Positions 54,786 to 64,000 of a stretch of 64,000 nt of DNA are shown here, piece by piece. Source of the DNA: Monocercomonoides exilis PA203 (taxonomy: Eukaryota; Protista; Preaxostyla); the NCBI GenBank assembly GCA_001643675.2, contig LSRY02000008.1:1054001-1118000 (forward strand). The letters run 5' to 3'. Under the pieces are notes generated by a model. The model made no database searches. It worked only from the letters and a program-made list of their open reading frames with translations, and was not told the DNA's origin. Numbering within the stretch: the first letter of the stretch is position 1; each line of letters starts with the position of its first letter. Made by a program: the position numbers and the translations under genes.

Positions 54786-55757
54786 GGACGATCGTTGTCA
54801 AATTTTGGGAAAACATGTGCTTTCAATTCTTTATGTCAATGTCTTGCTTCCTTATGTATTGATAAATGCACAAAGGAAAGTCACATTTCCAAAAATCAAA
54901 GTTATTTTTTGAATGTTTTGGAAGAAATTCAGAATCCATCAAAAGCAGTGAAAGGTTGAGGAAAGAGGAGAATGAAGAATTTTTATGAACTGCTGTTTGG
55001 GTGTCTGGATGAACCAAAAATTTTGACTGACGTGTTTACTGCAATTATGCTATTCCTATCAAAAAATAATTGGGATTTGAAGGAGATGTTTTTGATCCGC
55101 AGCCAAAGAATAAATATGTGCACCAGCTGCCATCATTTATCTTCATCATTAAGAGGAGCAGGTTATTTTATTTCAATCGCTGGATCAGATATTGTCGGTG
55201 GGTTGAATTGTGTGTTTCAAGCCTCAGATGATTTTGCTGAGAATCTACTTTCAAATTGTGAAAATTGCTGGACGAAATCTGCATTTGAAAACTGGATTTG
55301 GCTTTACGATTTCCCTTTCATTTTGTGTATTTATCACAAGTTCATTGATGGAGATTATGTGAGTTCTCCTCCGATCAAATTATTCTTCAGAAGTCAAGGA
55401 ATTGGCCCAAATGATTTTCATGTGTTCAGTCCTCGTGTGTTATCTTCAATTGACAATCATTCATCTGATAGTGAGATAGTTGCAAAATACATCTTCGTTG
55501 GAACAATTATCCATTCTTCATTGAAGCATAAAGAAGGGCATTTTATTTCAATAGTCAAAAATGGAAGTTCTTCTGACCATTCCAATGACAGCTTTTTGCA
55601 GTGCGATGATGACAAAATTTCAATTATTGACTTCAATAAATGGGAACAATACTGGAATTATCTTTCAGAAGAAAAATGGAATTTTTCAATGAGTTTTTTC
55701 AAACTGTTTGAAACAAAATACAGAAATAGTTCATCAAAACCCTTCTTGGATAAATGA
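54786..55757 (+). CDS. Divergent compact peptidase C19 (USP) domain, split by an in-frame TGA
   Basis: Cys box RSLSNFGKTCAFNSLCQCL (Cys 54816-18); CTSC and CENC zinc-ribbon pairs; His box YIFVGTIIHSSLKHKEGHFISIVK (His 55539-41); FLQCDDDKIS. Confidence 0.85.
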
Positions 55758-56431
55758 ATGTTTCTTATTTTTTTTTTTAATATTCATTAGTGCACATCAT
55801 TAATCATTCCACTAAATAATAAATATCAACTGCGATAAAAAACCATTTTTTAATTAAGAAAATATGAAATAAAAAATTGAAAATTACACTGCATTAATTC
55901 AAATGAATTGACATTAAGTTGTCATATAGAATAACGTAAACATAATTACACGAAAGCATTTGTCTATCATTAATTAGTTAACAACCTAGTCATATTAACA
56001 CCAAGTGTGATGTGGGGATAAAAAAAATAAAGTGAGTGAGAAATGGAAAGTGAGAAATTTAGAGTGAAAAATGATGTATTGATTTGTATTAACTGGGGAA
56101 TTATTCTGTATGTTGTCTTTACTGATATGCTTGCCTATGAATATTTATTTCAATACGGAACAAATGAATATTTCATTTTAAACTTTAGTCTTTTCTTTAT
56201 TCAATTGGTGTTTTGATCATTTATGATAATTATCAATCCCATTAAAATGATCATATCTATCTCTCCTCTTTCAATATCTCTTTCCACCATCAAATAAATT
56301 CTTTGTCAAATGCCCCTATCGTTCATGTTGGAACTGAAAATAAAAGAAAAACACTCGGAAGATTGAATTTATTAGATTTGAACAGTCTCTCTTTGAGTGT
56401 GCGAATGGAATGATTCTAATTGAGGAAGTGA

Positions 56432-58217
56432 TTGGGATGGTGCACTTTATGTTCATTCACTGCATGTTCAAGAAATGTAAATAATGGAGCGTTATTCTGT
56501 CAAAATTTGTTGAACATCTCTCTCGAAAAATCCAATTTTTCGTGTTGTCAAGCGAGGAATAGAGGAGCAGTTGAAGTGTATGCTCCACAATCAAATTCCA
56601 AATATCACATTTTGGAAAATAAAGTCGAAAGTTATTCAATAGCATGCTGGTGTGGAATTGGTTGGTATTTTGCACAACAAACAATTCCTGCAAATGGTAA
56701 ATTCCTGTTTTCCAAATGCAAGTTCATCTCAAATTCAGGTTGTGATTCTGCTGGTTCTTTCACATTCAATTGGCCTCCACAAAATAAACCAAAACAATGC
56801 TTGCTCCAAGAGTGCCAGTTCATAAATAACAAAGTCGAAAATCCAACTACCTATGGTGGTGCTGCGTTGTGTTGCACAAGAACATATGATTGGATGAATG
56901 GAATGAAATTCATCACTTTCTGTTTCTTCAATGAAATACAGCTACTAACGGAAGAGGAAATGATGTGTTTTTCAATGGTAATGCCATCACTCAATCCCCA
57001 TTTGAGAATTGCGGATCAACAACCCCAACAAAAAAAGTGCGGAACAACAACACAGCTGATAATGAGACTGTCAACAGCTCGCTCCCTCTCATAAGCCAGA
57101 ACAGAAATGTTGCAAACAACGGAACAGATGTTGATGGCTGTGGAAGAACGCAACAGAATCGTTGCTCCACTATCGAGTATGCAATCTATGGCTTATTCTT
57201 TTAAAAGAGGCTTCCCTCACCCTCCTCAGCTCAACATTTGCTCCCACTCAAACACTTATCTTCCTTGCTTTTGACACATAAATCAAAGGAAATGGCACAG
57301 ATACCATCATCATCGCATCAATCGGAATTCTTCAATCATCATCTTTTTTTTCAGCCATTTCTGCCCTCTACCGACAGACTCAGGGCTCCCTCACAGTCTC
57401 TGCCCTCACCGTCACCCACAACTCCTCAAACCCCATCACCCCCATCCTCTTCCACCTCTCCGATAACTCCCCTTCCCTCAACCTCAACACAACCACCATC
57501 ACCGGAACAACCTCCATAACAATAAAAACTCCCCTCTTCTTCCTCACTGCTGGCTCCCTCGCCCTCAACCACACAGCAATCACCACTCTCTCCCTCAACA
57601 GCCAAAGCATCTTCCACCTCACCTCCCTCACAAACCCCCTCACCCTCAACTCCTCCAACATCACCCACATCACATCCACAGCCACTCCAGCCAGCTGTGT
57701 CCTCTCCTCTGCCACCTCCCCTGCCCTCTCCCTCTCCCTCGCCAACTGCACCATCACAAACATCAACTCAGAACAGCTGAACCAACAGACAGCCACAGAT
57801 GGTGGGTGCATCTCATTCGCCTCATCTGTCCCTGACAATACGTTTTCGGAGAGTGATTCCACCTTCTCCACCTGCTGTGTGAGCGAGAATACAAGTTCTG
57901 GAGGAAGAGGCGGTGCTCTCATGATCGAGTTCAATGAAGGCTCACAAGTGTCATCCACAACCTTTTCCATCACCAATATCGTGTTTTCAGCCAACAAGGC
58001 CTGTGTCGGAAGAGATCTGTATTTTGTGTGCGAATCATTTGTCGCTTCTGTGAAAGAGATCTTGTTCGCTTTCATGGGAAACATCACTCAGAAAGACAAC
58101 TTGGTTGTTGGACATGACAGAACAGAAGCAATTGGAATTTTGATTAATAAATCTTTATCAACGGGCATTCAGCTTATGATGAAAACGTGGAAAGCATTCT
58201 TGATTTCAAGGAAGTGA
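56432..58217 (+). pseudogene. Fragmented beta-helix (pectin-lyase-like) surface-protein family gene
   Basis: Motifs FSKCKFISNSG, ECQFINNK, YGGAAL, GTDVDGCGRTQQNRCSTIEYA, GGRGGALMIE and FSANKACVGRDLYFVC, spread over several frames. Confidence 0.65.
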
Positions 58218-60931
58218 ATTGCAAGTTGGTAAAGATGCCCTGAAAGAGAACTCAAAACGCGACAGGTCTTCTGAAGAAGGTGAAGAATGTTGGCAATGTT
58301 ATTGAATGTGAAGACAAATTGTGAATTTGTGCGCGCAATAGAAAAACCGAAGAAAGTTGTGGAGATGGCACACAAAATAGAAGAAAACTGCTCGTATGCG
58401 CATTTGATGAAATCAAGATAACTTGTCGGACATGTATTCTCTTCTTTTATAGAATTATCTGTTAAATATGCCTTTTCCTCAAAATTGCTTTCCCTCATCG
58501 TTTCATCTTCTCAGACATGTTGAAGGCATGTGGCCTTGCGAAATCTCTCGAAAATTATCCCTGCAACTGTTTGTTCAAAGAAATCTTTTCCCACCTTGCT
58601 CCTTCTTCTTCCTGTTATTCTTTCAATCTCAAAATAAATAATGTAGAGGCAACCTTTATGGATTGTGTGCCCGATGATCGACTATTCTTGATTTGACATT
58701 GTAGCATTTCATTTGCAAAATAATTTTTAAAGATATTCCTTGATAGAATAAATATTTCTTTCGTCTATCTGAGTAGGAATGAAAGGTAATGCTTGGCCCT
58801 GGATTTAACGGGAGTTGAATGAAATGGAAATAGGAATATTTTTAATTCGTTCATCGAAGAAGATGTTGAAGAAGAAGATGCATAGGAGAATGAATGTTGT
58901 GTGTGGAAAATGTCTGTCACAGAAATTAAAGCTTTCAGATCGTATTTCTCAGAATGAGAATGTTTTCATTGGCTTATTTTGGAATTCATAAAAAGATGAC
59001 GATAAGCTGAAGGAATTAAATAGCAAGGAAAAGAGGCAGATAAAGAAGGAAGAAGATGAAGTTGCAAAAATAGTTGAAGGAGTTGAAAAAGAAATAATAA
59101 GAAAAAGATGATGACGAGGAGGAAGAAGAAGATTATGAAAGCTATGAAGGTGGAGCAATTGAGAATTGTGAAACGAATTTAATCCTTTTTTAAAGATGTT
59201 GATGATTGCTTGAGGAATGTCGATAGATAAAAATATATCATTCGATGAGTTGATTTCAGATGAAATAAACAACCTTCATCACAAAACATGTGAAAGGCAA
59301 AGAGATGCAAACAGATGAAGAAGGAAGTCCACAAATTATCTACTGCCTTTGAGCGGTTGAACTGCTTTGCACCTCAGAAAAATAAAATTGTGTTTGTCCG
59401 TTGGCGTTCATAATTCAAACGAACGAAACATCTGATAAGCGTATTGACAGAGAAGAATTCGAAATCGAAGAAAGCATTGACGATTGAAGAAGTTGACTTC
59501 AATTGCAAAAATTTCAAATGAAATAAGAAGAAAATGACGAATTTTATGATTATGTGATTGATGTATCGATTCTAGCAATAAGCATCTTTTATTGAAGTGA
59601 GACTGTTGAGAATGATAATGAAGGTTAAGAAAAATAGAAGATGTCAGGTTTTTCAAGTCACGTTGGGCGATAGAAAAAACTGAATGCGTTCTGAATGTGA
59701 TTGACCATCCAGCTTATCATCCCAGATAAAAGAGTCGCAACTGCAAAACATTCCGAACAAAAATGCCAAATAAACTGCTTTTCTCTTTCTTGCAAACTCA
59801 TGTTAAGCATTGTCAGGCTATGCAGCATGCAAAACAGATGGTAAGAAACGAATGACTTCGTTGAATGCAATCCAAACAAGAATCATCTCAAAACTTCTGG
59901 ATCTTTTGCAAAGGATTTCAGGGCTTCTCTCCATGGAATTCCTGTTCATGATCAATCTGTATTTATTCAAAGAACACCTTTAAATAAAAATGAATGAAAT
60001 AAAAAAATCAAACCATCTTTTTGGCCTTGAATTATTTTCCCATCTCCAATGGATTGGTTATTATCAGCCAAGCAGTCTTTCTTGCTCTCCAAAATTGCCT
60101 CTTACTACATAAAAAACAGACAACTGGACAACAAATGGCTGATGAAGAACATCATCAAAAGCAGAAAATCCTTTATGAAACCGATAATGATGCAAGTGAA
60201 AGATTATATTATCCAAATAAACAAGAAATCAACTCTTTTTCAAAACCCAATTCAACGACAAGTCTTTGCTGATAGCATACCAGCATGCTTAGTGCAAAAT
60301 GCAAATGAGATTGTTGTTGAGGCCTGCTGAGTGTCTCGCTCCGCTCGTTTCCTCCATTATCCAACCCCTCAATTCCCTTTCCTTTTCCACGAAACCAACC
60401 TTCCCCAAAAAATCATGCAAAACAATTCCTGCGCAAAAGATATGTCAAGTACACACAACATTTCCCTCGAAATGAACAAGCTGTTCAATTCGATCTTTCT
60501 GAAATTGTCGTAGCTTTTTCTGCATCTTGCTTGAGTTATTTTTCACAAAATATAACAGCAGATATTGCGCCATATGATTTGCAATATACAGTTAAGTTCA
60601 TATTCATGCAATTTCCCCCACCAATTCACTTTTCGCAAACAATTTTGGAAAACAGCCACTCGCTCCTTACTCCGCAAGCAAAATCCCTGTTCTTCTGAAA
60701 TGCTATAACTCGCATGGGTGCATCTGTGTTTGCGCTCAATAGTAGCTCAAATATGCTCTGGCTGCAGCAAATCATCAATCAAAAATCTTCACTTAGGGTG
60801 GTTTTTTTATCCGGACATTTTTTTTATCCGGACAAAAATTTTAATTATGAATTATTTCTTCCCACTTTTCATATTTTATTACTTGTTTTTAGTATATAAG
60901 GAAAAGTCAGAAGTTAGAAATTAAGATTAAA

Positions 60932-61055
60932 TTACTATACCTAATCTCTGATGGGGGGGAGATGGGGGGGTTAGCTCCTCCATCTCTGATTTGTGCCTCC
61001 CCTGAGGAGATTAGGTAATAGCAACGGGGCTGACTAAGAAAGAATTTAATCGAAA
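60932..61055 (+). other. GC-rich nested stem-loop in the pogo 5' region
   Basis: TACCTAATCTC (60938-48) pairs with GAGATTAGGTA (61007-17), enclosing the hairpin GAGATGGGGGGG-TTAG-CTCCTCCATCTC (60959-60986). Confidence 0.6.
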
Positions 61056-61138
61056 AAAAATTTTTTTATTTTTTTTCATTTCAAAAAAAATTTTTTTTAA
61101 AAAATAAAAAGAATGATCATAACCAATATTTTATTTGT

Positions 61139-62736
61139 ATGAGCGTAGTGAAACAAAGAAAAGAAAGTGGATTGGCGAAATTGAGAGATTTGATGAAATC
61201 TTTCCAGTATCGTCAAATCAAAAATCGATTAGTGCGTATTGCGACGATTATTGCTGATGGAAAATGCCGTGTTACCGACGCTGTTAATCTTAAGGAATTC
61301 TCTCGTTCATCGATCAACCGAGCCGTTACTGCTGTTGAAAATGGAAGAATCGTAGGAAAAGTTGGTCGACCAGAGCTGTTCACTACAGAAGATAAAGAAG
61401 TGATTACAGGAGTCATCAGAATAGAAAGCATGTCAGGAGTGAGTTATTCTTTAACTCAAACAAAACGATTGGTTTGCATTATAATTTCTTTCTAATAAAT
61501 ATTTATTATTGATTATAATTAAAGATGGAATCAGTGCTAACTGATAGAAAAATTCGAAGTGGAGAAGAAGAAGATCAAGAAGTTAAAATTTCAAAATCAA
61601 CTCCGTATTCATTCGTTAAACGAAATCCAGACCTAAAGACATCCATTCCTCATAACGTTGATATTCAACGATTATCGGTATCAAACAAACAGTCTCTGCA
61701 ACCTTTCTTCTCTCTTCTGCAATCACTTCATGATTCTCACAAATACTCTCCTTCTCTCATCTTCAACACCGACGAATCCTCTTTACGCCTTTCCGACACC
61801 ACAAAACAACTAGCCGTTCATCCTTCAGATGTTCCAGTCGGGTTTTCCAAAACACCAATCAACATGCCAAACTCAACTCTTGTGGTTGCAGTTGCAGCTG
61901 ATGGTTATTCTCTACCAAGCCTTGTTCTTTGGCCATCTAAAAAACTTCCACAAGAAATGAAGGTCTTGCTCAGCCCGCAGCTTCACGCCTGGGCATACAA
62001 TGATGGATGGATGACTGATGCACTGTTTGCTCGCTATGCTGAAGAGATACTACTGCCTGGAATTGTCCGAAGAAGAAAATTGCTGGATATGTACGAAGAT
62101 AGATGCATGCTTCTCTTGGATTCTCATCCTTCAAAAGCACAGCCAGATATTTGGCAAAAATTTGCAGATTCATCAATTGACGTGGTGACATTTATTCCAC
62201 ACAGCACTCATCTTACACAGCCACTTGACTGCGGAGTTTTTGCTGTGTTCAAAAGATGTTTCAATTCAAACTATGTTGTTCCATCTTCTTCTTCGATCGC
62301 ACTCAGACGAAAAGCAGTTGCAAATGCCTTGCCACAGGCTTTGCAAACTGCATTGCTTCCTTCATCAATTCACTCTGCATTTGAAAAGAGCGGAGTGTTG
62401 TCTGGGCAGTCCAATACTGTATTGGTGAAGTTGCCTGACACTCCTTCAGTTCAGCTGAAAAAAAAAACCCATCGTTTCAATTTCCATGGAAAAAATATTA
62501 CCGACCAAGCATTTTTAGATGAATGGAAAGAATACAAAAAGATGAAAGATGAAAAGAATATTGATGATTCTGCTGAAGAAAAAATTGAAAAAGATTTGTT
62601 TTCTGAGGACAAGCCGAAAAAAAGAAAAATATCAAAATCCCAAATTTTAAAAGATGATGATTTTGAAGATGATAATGAACGAAGAAATACCAGAAAAATT
62701 ATTAAAAGAGAATTGATGGATTATATTTACTATTGA
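61139..62736 (+). CDS. pogo-type DDE_1 transposase, DD35D, 514 aa, two exons (61139-61471, 61525-62736)
   Basis: Phase-0 intron 61472-61524 (GTTTGC..AAG). HTH-like N-terminus with GRP. Catalytic FNTDES, LLLDSHPSK and QPLDCGVF, with 35 residues between D2 and D3. No internal stops. Confidence 0.92.
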
Positions 62737-64000
62737 TTGTTGCGTTTTTTCGAAAATTTCAACATGCGATTTATAAAAAAATATTTTTTTTTCTATCAAA
62801 AAATAAAAATTATGTCCGGATAAAAAAATCACCCTATAAAATTATAGGTTGGACACCCTTATTTATTAACCAAACAATAAATGAATGTTTTATTGCCCTT
62901 CGTCTTGCCTGTTTTGAGGCAAAAGAATGAAAACGTTGCAGAGGAATAAGTTAATGATTGTGCATCTTCAGGCATTTTATAATATTTTTGACTCTTTTGA
63001 AGTAGATGTTCCTCCAACATTCAGAAAATGAATCAATATGTTGCTTCATCTTGATTTTTCCGAAGGCAGCAGGACCAGCAACAAATGTTTTATGGTGTGC
63101 ATGGGGCATTGCTGAATCACTGCTTATGCGATTTTATCTGTTCTTTTTTTATTATTATGAAAAAAGAAATTTTTTGTTGACTTTTGAAAGGGGCTTGGGC
63201 GATTGAACAATTTGAGGGACCTGGAGCAAAAAGAGAAAAGCGAAGAAATGGATGAAATACGGGAAGATGTGAGATTTGAAGAGACGTGTGCGATTTGTGG
63301 AGTGGGTTGTTGAAAAGATAATAGAGAAAATTGTGGATGGAAAGGGATTGGAGTTGGAGGATGAAAATTGTGTGTTGGAATGTTGTGGGATGTTAAAAAG
63401 AGCCAAAGGTTCAAAGGGACGATGGATTGCTTTTCTTTGAAGAGGAAAAGATACAAGAAAAAGAATTTTGATAAAAACAAGAAGAACGAAAAATAAATGG
63501 ATGAAAGACTTCTAATGGAATGTTTGCAATGGAACTTAATTCTGAATGAAGGCCTTTCAGTGGAATTGGTGTTGATTTGTGTGGCTTGCCTGCTGAAAGG
63601 TGTGTTGGAGAAAGAAGGAAAGGGAGGAGACTCAAAAAGAAGTTGAAATGAGTTTGCTGCGAGAGTCATTTTCACACAACATTCAAACGTGTCTTTTGTT
63701 TTTTTTCAATTTTTTATTTTTTTTTTTTTTGAAATGTATTTGAATTGAATAGGAAACAGATAGCGAGTGATGTTTGAAGGAAGAAGCAGGAAGCATCAAG
63801 AGGGATCAGAAGCAGCACACTTTGAGTGTACTTGCGAATGGATGAGTTTTGGAGAAATTGATGAAGGGATTGATAAAGTGCAGAGAGATGGGGGAAGTGA
63901 GTGTGAATGAGCTGGGTTTTGGTAGAGAAGATTCAAAAGAAGTGGGAGAGATGGGAAAGGATGTGGATTGGAAGAGAAAATATGATGAGAGGATGAGAGA

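Larger units (their letters stand above)
37771..55757 (+). pseudogene. Chimeric gene model: transposase-like exon 1 + ~275 x 20-aa Ser-rich repeat + C19/USP peptidase domain; two in-frame stops
   Basis: Exon 1 is 37771-37954; phase-1 intron 37955-38043 (GTTTGT..CAG). The spliced frame (F-IPEEHYKETDPHLDSVSTKSLTSE*SPIASVP...) is the frame of ORFs 38136..54959 and 54972..55757. Stops are TAA 38118-20 and TGA 54957-59. Confidence 0.65.
60796..62834 (+). mobile_element. Intact pogo-superfamily (Tc1/mariner-like) DNA transposon, 2039 bp, TA target duplication
   Basis: Left TIR GGGTGGTTTTTTTATCCGGACA (60796-60817); right TIR TGTCCGGATAAAAAAATCACCC (62813-62834); 21/22 match. TA at 60794-95 and 62835-36. 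Confidence 0.93.

Noticed and set aside
54957-54959. Selenocysteine at the in-frame TGA
   Set aside because: Not at a catalytic position, and no SECIS-like hairpin was recognised downstream.
37583-56005. TIR pair around the array gene (CTTGTTGAATAATCTGAGGTTG vs CAACCTAGTCATATTAACACCAAG)
   Set aside because: Needs gaps and mismatches in AT-rich DNA, and no TSD is visible.
58200-60790. Short ORFs on both strands; also 63000-64000
   Set aside because: Possibly decayed coding sequence, but no recognisable motif or consistent frame.

Overview
AT-rich eukaryotic DNA with GT..AG introns. The gene-family motifs suggest an oxymonad such as Monocercomonoides (inferred, not searched). The window is mostly transposons and broken genes: a truncated beta-helix/TM/kinase-like gene (3.6-6.8 kb), a broken hAT transposase (7.3-10.0 kb), a broken large ubiquitin-specific protease gene (11-17.6 kb), a broken Sola-like DDD transposase (18.0-20.8 kb), a 6.4-kb TIR-bounded block with host-like cargo (22.6-29.0 kb), other degenerate coding stretches, and one intact pogo DD35D transposon (60796-62834). 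The main feature is a nearly homogeneous array of ~275 x 60-bp units (38101-54620, 16.5 kb). It lies in frame between an exon resembling exon 1 of the Sola-like transposase (same intron position and phase) and a C19/USP peptidase domain. This suggests a transposase-exon / giant repeat / deubiquitinase chimera, currently interrupted by one TAA and one TGA.
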